Assembly: GCF_009914755.1 (NCBI RefSeq)
Contig: NC_060928.1
Source of the DNA: the human T2T-CHM13v2.0 reference genome, Homo sapiens
DNA: 64,000 bases
Strand: one strand, 5' to 3'
The notes below the pieces were generated by a model. That model ran no database searches, was not told the origin of the DNA, and worked only from the letters and a program-made list of their open reading frames with translations. A program made the position numbers and the translations under genes. Positions within the stretch are counted from its first letter, which is position 1. The number at the start of each line of letters is the position of its first letter. This document shows, piece after piece, positions 1-11,800 of the stretch.

Positions 1-1740
1 GTCAGGCGTCCTGTTTTCTATCACGCTCACCAAAGACAGATGATGTCTGTCTTATTTCTCCTGGTGTCCCCAGAACATAGCACTGACAGTGACAAAGAAT
101 GAGCTCCCAGTAAATATGCATTAGATGAATAAATAAAAGGTCCTTCTGGCACTTTCCCACTAGACTGCTTTAATTAAATGCCAGGTTTTCTTTTAAAGGG
201 AGTCTCGAGTAGAGACATATAACTTACATATAACTTACTTTTGTTCAGTTCAGATCTTTTCAAACAACTCGCTCCCGTCTTCCAATGAAAAGGAGACGTT
301 CATATCCAAGCAGTACATCTTCAGAATGTCCTGTTCCTCCCGCAGGGGCCATGTAGCTATTCAGGAAGCCAGGTAGTGCTCTAACTGGGAGAACCCAGGC
401 TCGTTATTCCACGGGGTGGTGCCATGCTGCATGTCACAGGTTGGAGCCTGTCCTTTGTTCCTCAGCACCCTGCACCCCAAGCCTCTTCCCACACCCTGAC
501 CCCATATAATGAACAAGAGCAGGGAGAGAGCCACTGTTCAAACAACTTTGTAAAGTTATGGGCTGCAAGACACCTGCTCGACATGGGGGAAGGCCCCTGG
601 AGACATTCTCTCAGACTCTGTCATCTGTTTGCAAAGATAATAGTGAAATTATGACTTCATTTTGTTGGAAGCTAAAGGATTTGGGCAATTCTCTGTGAGT
701 GTGAGATCTCAAGCTGTCCTGCATTTTTGGTTGAGTGTGCTGTGTTGGCTTATTATCCAAATGTGATTGTCACTCTCTAGATGGGAGGAACTCATTCTCC
801 AACTTGGAACTCTGATGCCCCAAGGGCCTCACACAATGATTTGCACACATTGGATTAGGCCCAAGCCCAGTTCTAATCTCTGCATCAGCATACTTCCCAG
901 AGCCCCTGCCCTGAAAAAAAAGTCAGAGTTTGTGGGGTAGACACACATATGTGAGCTTGAAAAACTGCTTTCCTCCAGCATTACAGGAAACATTTAAATT
1001 GGCTCTGTAGGCACTTTAAGTATAACAGGGTGGCACACATGAGCATCTGAACAAAGACAAAGGAGAAAAGCAAAGACAGAAGTGTGTCTGGGGCAAAGCT
1101 GGAAATGTGCATCTTAAAAGCCCTCAGCCAGATTTGAGCTTCCTTGAGGGCAACTGGAGAAGTGTAACCTGGGCAGTTATCCACACAGGGAAACCAGTCC
1201 CAGTGCAGAGAAGCTCCTGACCCCAGCCCAGGGAGGAGTTTCTCCTAGGGGTGCCACAGGACACGTCCTCAGGAGAGCTGGTGCTTTGCTGGTGGTGGAA
1301 ACTTGGCAATTCATTTGACTTCTCATTCAATCAAAGACAAGCATCTCTGCTCTTTTTCCCTCCCAGGGCTGCCATGAAGGTCAGATAAAGGTGAAAATGC
1401 TTTCTGAACCAGAGAGAACGACACCAGCATGAAACATTATTATCTCTATGAAATTGATAGTATTAATTAACCTTTCCGAGCTTCAGTCATCTTAACTGTA
1501 AAATTGGGCATAATCAAAACCTCACCAGGTTTTTGTAAGAATGTAAATCTTCTGCTACGTGGCAGGACTGCTAGTAACCTTAATTCTCTCCCTCCCTGGC
1601 TTTCTTTCCTTCCTTAAGTGGGAGAGACAGACCCTCAGACTAGAGAGGGTGAGTGGACCCAAATTAGAGTAACATGGTTTCCATTTATTGACTCTATTAA
1701 ACACTGCTGGTGCATCAGCTGCTCTATATGCTCACTCAGA

Positions 1741-1781
1741 TGTGTGTGTGCATGCACGCACACACACACACACACGCACAC
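1741..1781. repeat. (TG)n/(CA)n microsatellite
   Basis: tgtgtgtgtgcatgcacgcacacacacacacacacgcacac. Confidence 0.9.
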
Positions 1782-1808
1782 GGGATATTTTCCTACATTA
1801 CCTGCAAG

Positions 1809-1922
1809 CAAGGCCAGCTTTATGGGTGTGTGACCTGGGCAGTCACACAGGCTCTGTACTTAGAAGGGCCCCGTGCTTGGTTTAATGCTCTGTCATCACC
1901 ATCTTACACTTTTTAATAATTT
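1809..1922 (+). mobile_element. MER91-like hAT DNA transposon fragment
   Basis: caaggccagctttatgggtgtgtgacctgggcagtcacacagg...agaagggccccgtgcttggtttaatgctctg resembles the MER91A left part; cut off by the L1 that follows. Confidence 0.7.
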
Positions 1923-1934
1923 GTTGTCGTTGTA

Positions 1935-3990
1935 CATTTTATTTTTTAATAGAAAAGTAAAATCTGTATGTATTTACAGTCTATGGCTTGATGTTTTGAT
2001 ATACCTACATCTGTGAAATAGCTCAATCAAGCTAATTAATATATCTATCAACTCATATACTTATTTTGGGGGGAGTTAGAACACTTAATATCTACTCTTA
2101 TTTTGATTACTCTATATTTGTAGTATATTTTGAAATCAGGTAGTGTGATGCCTCCAGCTTTGTTCTTCTTGTTCAAGGTTGCTTTAACTAGTTGGGGTCT
2201 TTTGTGGTTCCATTTGAATTTTAGGATTCAATTTAGGATTTCTATTTCTGTGAACATTTTTCTTTGGAATTTTGATAGAAATTGCATTGAATCTGCACAT
2301 CACTTTGGATGGTATGGACATTTTAACAGTATTGACTCTTCCAATCCATTAAAACATTTACTCTTCCATTTGTTTGTGTTTTAATTCCTTTCATCAATGA
2401 CTTACACAGTTCTCAGTGTACAAATGTTTCACTTCTTTTGTTAAATCTATTCCGAAGTATTTTATTATTTTTGATGCTATTGTAAATAGTATGGTTTTCT
2501 AAATTTCTTTTTTGGATAGTTCCTTGTTAGTGTGTAGAAAAACAACTGATTTTTGCATGTTGAGTTTGTATCCTGCAACTTTACGGAATTCATTTGTTAG
2601 TTTTAACAGTCTTTTTAGAGTCTTTAGAATTTTCTATATATAAGATATATGTCATGTGAAAACAGAGACAGTTTCATAACTTCCTTTCCAATTTGAATGC
2701 ATTTTCTTTTTCTTGTCTAATTGCTCCGGCTGGGACCTCCAGCACTAAGATGAATAGCAGTGGTGAGAGTGAGCATCCCTGTCTTGTTTCTGGTCTTAGA
2801 GGAAAGAGCCTTCAGCTTTTCATCATTGGGTATGATGTAAGCTGTGGTCTTGTCATATATAACCTTTATTATATTGAGAAGTATTCCTGCTATACCTAAT
2901 TTGTTGAAAGTTTTTATAAGAATGTTGACTTGTGTCAAATGCTTTTTCTGCATCTGTTTAGATGATCATATGATTTTTTTTTTCTCCAGCACTGAATTAC
3001 ATTTATTTAAATTTTTGTCAACTCCAGATGAGAAAAAGTAATTTTCCTTGTACTTGTAATTTGCAGTTCTTTGATTAGTGGGACTAAATATGTGTTGTGT
3101 GTTTCATTTTATTGGCTTTTCGTATTTCTTCCTTTGTGGTTGGCCTTATTTTTAGCCTATTTTTTCAATGGGGAGATGAGTTCTTATAATTGGTTTCTAA
3201 GACTGCTTTGTATTTTAGGGATATTTACCTCTTGTCATGTTTGCTCCAAATATTTTTTTCTAGCATAACATTTGCTTTTTAAATAAGTTTATATTTTTTG
3301 AAGGACTGAAATCTAAAATTGTATATATTATGTAATCAAATACACTAGTTTTTTCTTTCATGTTTCTTTTCTTCTGATATTTTAGATCATATAATTTTAT
3401 TCTTCATTTTGTTAATGTGTTGTATCATGTTTACAGATTTGTGTATGTTGAACCATCCCAGCATCCCAGGGATAAATCATATTTGATCACAGTGAACAAT
3501 TCTTTTAATGTGCTGTTGAATTCAGTTTCCTAGAATTTTGTTGAGGATTTTTGCATCTATGTTCCTCAGGGATGTCGGCCTGTAAGTTTATTTTCTTGTA
3601 GCGTCCTTGTCTGGCTTTGATATCAGGGTAATGCTGGACTTGTAAAATGAGTTTGGAAGGGTTCCTTTCTCTTCAATTTTTTGGGAACAGTTAGAGAAGG
3701 ATTGGCCCTAATTCTTCTTTAAATGTTTGGTAGACTCCACCATTGATGCTATCAGGTCCTGTGCTTTTGTTTGCTAGGGGAATTTTTTCTTCCTGATTCG
3801 ATCTGTCTTCTTGTTATTGGTCTGTTCACATATTTTTTTCTTTATGACTCAGTCTTGGTAGGTAGTGTGTCTTTAGGAATGTATTCATTTCTTCTAGGTA
3901 ATCCAGTTTTGACTGGCATGTAAGTGTTCATAGTAGTGTCTTATGATCCTTTGTATTTCTGTGGCATCAGTTGTAATGTAGATACACAAA
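1935..3990 (-). mobile_element. Old L1 (L1MA-like): 3' end joined to ORF2 fragments, interrupted at 2978-3384
   Basis: L1MA-type 3' terminus at ~1935-2100, then an abrupt jump to ORF2 (tttgaaatcaggtagtgtgatgcctccagctttg). ORF 2717..2953(-) has RT-region homology (KTFNKLGIAG..LNIIKVIYDKTTA). Confidence 0.85.
2978..3384 (-). mobile_element. Retroposed insert of highly diverged L1-like sequence with poly(A) and TSD
   Basis: Flanks gatcatatgatttt (2964-2977) and gatcatataatttt (3385-3398); T tract ending at 2983; AATAAA on the minus strand at 3002-3007. Confidence 0.65.
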
Positions 3991-5509
3991 CCTTTTCTTG
4001 GATTTTCAAAAATACCGAACTCACTCCCGCCCCAGGCCTTTGCCCATGCAGTTTTCTGTGCTGAACGTGAATGAGCTTCTCATCAGGCATGGCTGCAGGC
4101 TTCTCTCCTTCTAGGTCTTGTTTCAGAAGCCATGTGCTCAGAGAGTCCTGCCCTGGCCACCTGTGCTGAGCCACCTCCTTTGCATGACTCGCTGGCTGAA
4201 TCCACCCCCACTTTATCTCCCTCTGCAGAGAGTTGCCACTCACAGTTGTCCTACTTATTTGCTCCTTTCCTCTCTGTCTTCCTGCTCAGAAGGTAAATTC
4301 CACAGGGAACTGGGGATCTGGTTAACCCTGGTCACTGCTCTTTCCCCAGCACCGATCCCATGTCTGACCCAGGTGGGCTCTCCATTATGGCAAGTACCTG
4401 TTCACCAGTAACTAGGGTGACTTCACACACATTTGGCCAAGGGGCAGCAGAGGACCTGTGTTGTGCTGTCTTCCTCCCATGGCAGCCTCAGCACCATAGA
4501 CGAGTGCTTCTCAGCCCTTCTTTCCTTATCACCCCCACCCCACACCCAGGAGCCTTTTTGGACGTTTTGTTTTCCTAATTTTCTTCCCTACCTACCATAA
4601 AATTTGGATGCCATAGATATACTACATATCTGTTTATGTAATCTGTATGAATCTGTGTTTTCCACATAAAAGGGTAAGGTTATTGTGTCCCCCAAAGCCA
4701 GCCTTCACCTTGCTGGGAACGCGGGCTGCAGGCTCTCCTGATGGCTAGCAGATCCCGCACCCTCACAGGCTGGTGGTTTGGCATAATTCCCACAGCGTTT
4801 AGCATAATTTCCACAGCGTTTAGCCAGCACTTTCTGTGCCTTGTCCTGTGTGTGAAATTATGTGGACATTAGACAGGGGAAACTTGATATTCTCTTAGCT
4901 GGAAGGACTCAAGGAAGGAACTAGAGCACCTCCCACCAACGGGGCTTTAGAAACATTTTAGTACCAGGCCAGAACATTTGCCATTTCCACATGGAAAAGT
5001 GGGAAATAGTTTGGCCTTTCTCTTAGCAACCTTCTGAAAATGAATGCCTGGGAGCTGTGCTTGACAGTGGGAAGCATGAGAATTCCAGAAAGCTTTCATG
5101 TCATATTTTTTTCCTCTCAAATATTGTCAGTATCTCCAGGCTTCTGTTCTCAAGGTTTATCTCCTTCCAAGAATCTGACAAAACCTGAGCATACGCTCAG
5201 CAATTTGTGTTACGACTGGTGCAAAACGTTTTGCTTTTTCTTCCTTCTGCTTCTTAAATCAATTAAATAAGGACACTTTTAGTTCTGAAGGAATGCATCC
5301 AGCTTATAAACATGAGGAAGGACATCATATGTGAGCGACCTAAATTTCACATGCTTTCGTATTCTGAAGCTAATGTGCTGACTAGAGCTACAAGAGTTGC
5401 TATTTTTTTGCATAAACTCCATTTTGTAAAAAGTTTTAATAATTTTTCTCTTTTCTACATGCATTTATTTCAATATGCAATCTACGCATAGGCATTCGGG
5501 ACTCAAGTA

Positions 5510-6206
5510 CATTAGTCCCCCTTATCTGTGGTTTCACTTTCCTCGGTTTCAGTGAACCTTGGTCAACCATGGTCTGAAATATTAAATGGAAAATTTCAGA
5601 AATGAACAATTTTTAAGTTTTAAATTGCATGCCCTTCTTCTAAGTAGCGTGATGAAATCTCATGCTGTCCTGCTCAGTTCCACCCAGGACATGAATCTCC
5701 CTTTGTCCAGTGGATCCACGCTATAGACACTGCGCCAATGACACTGGTAATCATTGACGTAATCTGCTCCTGACATCTGGCCATCGACATCGTCATGGCT
5801 TGATGATCCAGGATCACCTGAATCAGATTGATTGATACAGCAGAAGGCAATAGTAGCCTAGCGCTCTGTCACAGTGCCTACGTCATTCACTTCCCTTCAT
5901 CTCATCACGTAGGCATTTTATCATCTCATATTGTCACAAGAAGGGAAAGGGGGAGTGCATCACAAGAAGAGATTTTGAAAGAGGGAGAAAGCATTCACAT
6001 AACGTTTATTACTGTATACTGTTATAATTTTTCCATATTTAGTTATTGTTAATTTCTTACTGTGCTTAACTTATAAATTAAACTTTTTCATAGGGAGGTA
6101 TGTTATAGGAAAAAAACAGTATATATAGGATTCAGTAGTATCCAAAGTTTCAGGCATCCAGTGGGAATCTTGGAATGTATCTCCCTTGGATAAGGTGGAA
6201 ATACTG
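5510..6206 (+). mobile_element. MER44 (Tigger7-derived, MER44C/D size) DNA transposon
   Basis: Terminal inverted repeats cattagtcccccttatc / gataaggtggaaatactg flanked by TA; internal text resembles MER44. Confidence 0.85.
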
Positions 6207-6363
6207 TACAAAATACTTGTGGAGTGAATGTAATGTTTAGAGATGATATGTGTAGTCATGAGAATTTTTGAGATTTCCTGTGTTAGTGACAAATTACAAC
6301 TAAAAGCCTGATGACCGATTGAAAAGGTATCTGATGCCAAGCTTTTTTCTAAGCACTTTACAT

Positions 6364-6939
6364 ATGTGTATGAAATATATAGAGAAAATACATATAGAAA
6401 AATATACATAATTTCTATATATTATAAAATAATATAACACTTCATTTAAGAAATTATATTATAAAATTATAATATATTTTCGTTTAAGAATATTTGGTTT
6501 TATTTCTTCTTTTTGTTTCAATAGTTTTTGGGGTACAGGTGGATTTTGGTTACATGGATAAGTTCTTTAGTGGTGATTTCTGAGATTTTAGTGCACCCAT
6601 CACCCCAGCACTGTACATTCAATCTAGTCATTTACCCAATATCTAGTCTTTTATCCCTCCCCACTTCCAACCTCCTCAAAGTCCATTATATCACTCTTAG
6701 GACTTTGCATCCTCAGAGCTTAGCTCCCATTTATAGGTGAGAACAAATGATATTTGGTTTTCCATTCTTGAATTACTTCAAATAATGGCCTCCAGCTCCA
6801 TCCAAGTTGCTGCAAAATCCATTTTGTTCCTTTCTATGGCTGAGTAGTATTACATGGTGTATATATACCACATTTTCTTTATTCACTCCTTGGTCAATGG
6901 GCATTTAGGTTGGTTCCATTTCCTTGCAATGGCAAATTG
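6364..6939 (-). mobile_element. 5'-truncated L1PB-like 3' end plus an AT-rich segment, inserted into a MIR
   Basis: L1PB-type 3'UTR at ~6495-6939 (tttttggggtacaggtgg..ttggttacatggataagttctttagtggtgatttctgagatttt). 14-bp direct repeat taagcactttacat at 6350-6363 and 6940-6953. Confidence 0.8.
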
Positions 6940-7597
6940 TAAGCACTTTACATGTATTAAAAGAATTTGGTCCCACAACGACCCTGTTATATAGCTGTTG
7001 TTATGATTCTTCTATTAAGGATTAGGGAACAGATCATAAAACTAGTGAAAGAGGAAAAGCTGGCTCCAATTCTGTCTGTGCAATCAGGTCATTATAATAA
7101 TATTAATGAGAATAGGACCTATCAGCAGTAATCACAATTATGATAGCAATAACACCAAGGGCAAAGGATAACAGCAGGCATAATTTGTTGAGCAGGTTTG
7201 ATCCACCAGGTAGTGTACTGGACTGGGTGTTAATGACTTCTGAAGGTAAGAGATATTATTGTTTCCACTTCACAGAAATGGAAACAAAGCCTCAGGTCCT
7301 AGTGGGTGGAAGGGATGAGGCTGGAGTGGGACCTGCCTGGCACCAAAGTCTGTATTCAGTCTTGCTGTGTGACAGCTAAGGAGACTGCTGTCCCCAGGGA
7401 CAGGCCAGGGACAATCATCCTGTTCAGGAGACTTGTCCTGGGCACCACTTGGCTGCCAGCCACAAGTGAGGGGCCAGAAAAGTTGAGGAGAACACAGCCC
7501 AGGCCTGTCCATGCAGATCTCACTGTCAGTGGGAAATGGGACAGAAGGGATCAACCTCCATAGAACCATGCAAGAGTGATTGTGTGTTCACAGTGTC

Positions 7598-8281
7598 CAC
7601 CCATTCACTCACTCATTCATTCACTCGCTCATTCATTCACTAATTCACATACTCATTCTCTCACTCATTTACTCACTCATTCACTTACTCACCCATTCAT
7701 TCACTGTTTCACTCACACACTCATTCACTCCTTCATTCACTTATTCACTTCTTCACTCCTTCACTCACTCATTCACTCATTCTTTTACTCATTCACTCGC
7801 TTATTCACTCATTCACTCACATTTACTCATTTACTCATTCATTCATTCATTCACTCACCCATTCACTCACCCATTCATGCATTACCTCATTAATTCAGTC
7901 ACCCATTCACTCATTCATTCACTGATTCATGCACTTGTTCACTCATTCACTCATTCATTCACTCACTCACTCATTCATTCACTCACTCACTCATTCATTC
8001 ACTCATTAACCTACTTCACTCATTCACTCACTTATCCATTCAGTTGTTAACTCCTTCACTCATTCATTCACACACATTCACTCATTTACTCATTCATTCA
8101 CTTGCTCCTTCGTTCACTCATTCTTTTACTCACTCATTCACTCACTCACTTGCTCATTCACTCACTCATTCACCCACCCACTCACTCACTTATTCATTCC
8201 CTGACTCATTCACTCACTCACTCATTTACTCATTCATTCATTCACTCATTCATTTACTCATTCACTCATTTACTCACTCAG
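7598..8281. repeat. Long degenerate (TCAC/TCAT)n tetranucleotide array
   Basis: About 680 nt of cattcactcactcattcatt...; it explains the His/Ser/Thr-rich spurious ORFs here. Confidence 0.95.
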
Positions 8282-9034
8282 CTGTTCCTTTGCCAACGCT
8301 TGGAGGACTTACTGTGTGCAGGTCCTGGCTCTCATTGAGGTTGCTGGGCTGACTGCATCTGGCGTTGGCCTTGCTGGACCACTCCCTTGCTGCACTCTCC
8401 TGCCTGGGTTCCATGATACTCTCCCTGGTTCTCTCCCAGCTCTCTGTGCACCCCTTCTCTGCCTGAGTCCCTTCTCCACCTACTTCAGCTGTTGGTGCTC
8501 TTCCACCCTCAGCCCCTGCCTTGACTCTCTATTTGCTCCACCTGCACCAGCTCATGCATTTCCTCCTGTGGCTGTGGAGCCCAAATCCCAGCTCCCTTTC
8601 TCATTTCTCACTGCTGGGTCCCCTTCTTTATCACCACAGCTGCCTCAAACTCAACAGGACCCAAGCCAACTTCCCCACCTCCCCACAGAGTGGTTCTTCT
8701 TTCTCCTGTGGGCTCTGCTCCCTGAGGCCTTGCTGTCCATGTGTCACTCATGCCCCAAGCTGTAGAGACAGAAGGTGTTGCTCCACACTTCTCTGGCTGT
8801 GTCCCGTGGTCTTGCTGGTCAGTTTCCCATGTGTCTCTCAAGTTTCCCCCATTTCTTCACTGCCTGGATCCTACATGCCTCCCGGCTGCTATCTCTGCAC
8901 CTGGCTTCATCTTCCTTGGAGCCTCATGCAGCCGGCACAAATGAGGATTGAAGGAGTTTTTGTCCATAACCCGGGGTCCTGATGACACCCAGCCCCGTGC
9001 TTTTCCAATCACAATGCTAGCATCATTGTTATCA

Positions 9035-9416
9035 TATTTGCTTGTTGGGGCTGCTGTAACAAAGTGTCACAGCCTGGGGGGCTTCAACAACAAACATTTA
9101 TTTCTTGTAGTTCTGGAGGCAACAAGTCTGAGATCAAGGTGTGGGCAGGGTTGATTTCTTCCAAGGCCTCTCTCCTTGGCTTTATACGGCCACCTTCCCT
9201 CTGTGTCCTCCACGTGGCCACCCTGGGTGCATCTGTGTTCTTATCACCTCTTTTTACAAGGACTCCAGTCATATTGGATTAGGGCCCCACCTTTTTGACC
9301 CATTTAACCTTAATTACCTCCTTAAAGACCACATAAGCAAATCCAGTCACATTCTGAGGTACTGGGGGTTAGGATTCAGCACATGAGTTTTGGGGGGATA
9401 CAATTTGATCCATGAC
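9035..9416 (-). mobile_element. MLT1A/B-type MaLR solo LTR
   Basis: gggctgctgtaacaaagtgtcacagcctgg...ctggaggc..aagtctgagatcaaggtg...acattctgaggtactgggggttagga. Confidence 0.8.
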
Positions 9417-10408
9417 AACTATGATTACCACCACCACCACCACCATCAATCTCCTCATCCTCATGTCATTTCACCTTTTCACCATCCTCCCTCCTGCCTT
9501 TTATTGATCACTTAGTATGTGTGGGGCTCCGATCAAAGCCTGTTAGCCTTCTCATGTGTGATCTCATTTACTTTCCACAACACACCTGTGACCTCTGTTT
9601 TATTAGAGCAGAGGAGAAGAGAGGTAAGGTAAATTCTCATATCATCTATTCAAAAAGTAGGTCTCTCATGCCCTGGTTTTGCCAAAATGTCAGCATCCTC
9701 CCAGTTTGTTGGCCAGGGGAACTATCACAAACCCCATCAGCTTGTTGAGTTCACTCCCTCAAATTACATAATTTTGCTCTCTCACAGAGAAAAAGTCCCG
9801 AAATCTCCGGCTGTTCTAAGTTCATCAGATGTCCGAGTGAGCAAAAGGTTTCACTGGGTTGCTGAGAGCTATGTGCTTTCTGCTCTTCTCTGTAAAACCA
9901 TCGGCATTTTCTTAGTTCTGCAGCCTCCCTGACTCTCTTAGAGGTGGGTGGACATTCCCTTCTTGGCCCCCAGCCCATTGCCTCCTGAGAGTCCCTCTCT
10001 TCTCCCACATCTCATGCAGTGTTTCCTAACCCACCAGAAAGTGAGGGCTTGGGTGGCCAGGACTGAGTTTGGTTTGTTCCTGGCTCAGGGCCTGGAATAG
10101 AGCCACATCCTCATGGAAGGTCAGAAAGGAAATACAAAAAAACAGAAGATCTTAACTCTACAGGGACACTACAGGTCATAGATATAAAGGGTCTCAATGA
10201 GGCTTCCCATTTTATTATTCCAGTTTGTGTTAGGCTACTAAGGGAACAAGACTGTGTGTATGTGTGCACACATGTGTACATGTCTGTGTGCATGCACCTG
10301 TATGCATGTGTGTATGTGTGAGCATGCATATAGATGCACGTGTGTGTTTTAGGGGACATCCTTACTCTTTGGTTGTTCATAACAAAGAATTCGTCACCTA
10401 CTGGGTCC

Positions 10409-10930
10409 TGTAGGAGGCAGAATGTTAAGATGGCCCGTCATGAACCTTCCCCTCCAATCTTACTCCTGGGTTATGTTCCATTACATTGTGAAGAGGATAT
10501 TATGCAAGTGGACCTAATCTAATGACAGGAACTCTCTCAAAGCAGACAGAATTCTTCAACTATTAGCAGAAAGGAAAGTAAGGTAGATTTGAAGCGGAAG
10601 AGGGATTTGTTGCAGTATACTAGACAAGCCTCTAGGTGCTGAGAAGACTCCCAGCTCACAACCAGCAAAGACACAGGGACCTTAGTCCTACAGCTGCAGG
10701 GAACGGAATCCTGCTAATTATCTTAATGATCTGGGAAGCAGATTCTTCCCCAGATGTCCAACAAGAGCAGCTTGGTCAACACCTTGATGTTGGTCTCTGA
10801 TACCTTAAACAGAGAACCCTGTTGATCCTGCTCAGGTTTCTGACCTACAGAACAGTGAGTTAGTAAATGCGTGTTGCTGAGAGCTGCTGAATTTTTGATC
10901 ATTTATTTTGTAGCATAGAAAACTAATACA
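10409..10930 (+). mobile_element. MLT1 (E/F-like) MaLR solo LTR
   Basis: Starts tgtaggaggcagaatgttaagatggccc and ends gtagcatagaaaactaataca. Confidence 0.75.
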
Positions 10931-11544
10931 AAGCTTTCCTATGTGTGGCCTCGGGCTAGGAACTGAGAATGTAGAAATTAATGCAATAGGTCCCTCCAGC
11001 CCCCCTCCCTGAGCAGCTTATGGTTAGAGACAGGAATCAAGGGATTCAGGCAGAGTCATGGGGGCAGCTGCAGCAGCACCTGGTGTGGGTGGGCGTGGTG
11101 GACCAGAGCAGCCTTACTTGGCCTGAGGCCAGCGATGCAGGGAGATGCCCAGCAGGCTGAGCCTGCTGCTGCACCCACTGTTGGCTTTTGGAAGCTACTG
11201 GGCCAAATGCATATGTCTGGGCTCCAGGGTCATCTGGGACACGTCTCCCTGGTTTTCCTCTCTACTCTCATCCCCGCACCTCTGTTCTCTCACTTTCTAT
11301 CTGCTTCTGCTTTCATCAAGAGGTCTGCTTCCTCCTTCACAGTGAAAATAGCTACTCCCCAACTCCTTGCTTCAAACCCAGTGACTTCACTGCATTTGTA
11401 ACTCTGCCTCCTGTGGACCTCCCTCTCCCACAGACCCCCACGAAGGGGCTGCCTCTTATTCCCATCTAGGAGAATTGTTCGGTGATCTGCCCCCATCAGA
11501 TCTACCGGAGGCCCTTGCCTCAACCTAGGTTGAGCTTCACTTTG

Positions 11545-11800
11545 GCCTGTGATTGTCCAGTTGCCCTGGCACCATTTGTTGAGAAGCCATCCTCCCTCCA
11601 CTGAATTGCTTCTACACCTCGGTCAAAAGCCAGTTGGGCACATCATGTGGGTCTGGGTTCTCCATTATGTTCCATTCCTCCATATGTCTGTTTGTCTTCT
11701 CATACCACCCAGTCTTGAGTACTGGAGCTACAGAGAAGGCCTTACTATTGGATAGAGTGGGTCCTCCACTTCTTTGTTAAAATTGTTTTAGTTCTCCTGT
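11545..11800 (-). mobile_element. Old L1M ORF2 fragment
   Basis: gtccagttgccctggcaccatttgttgagaag...actgaattgc matches antisense L1 ORF2. Confidence 0.65.

Noticed and set aside
4487-4508. REST/RE1-like motif ctcagcaccatagacgagtgc
   Set aside because: Left half-site matches, but the right half (GGACAG) is broken.
7576-8352. His/Ser/Thr/Leu-rich ORFs of 78-156 aa
   Set aside because: Translations of the (TCAY)n repeat, open in several frames; no coding signal.
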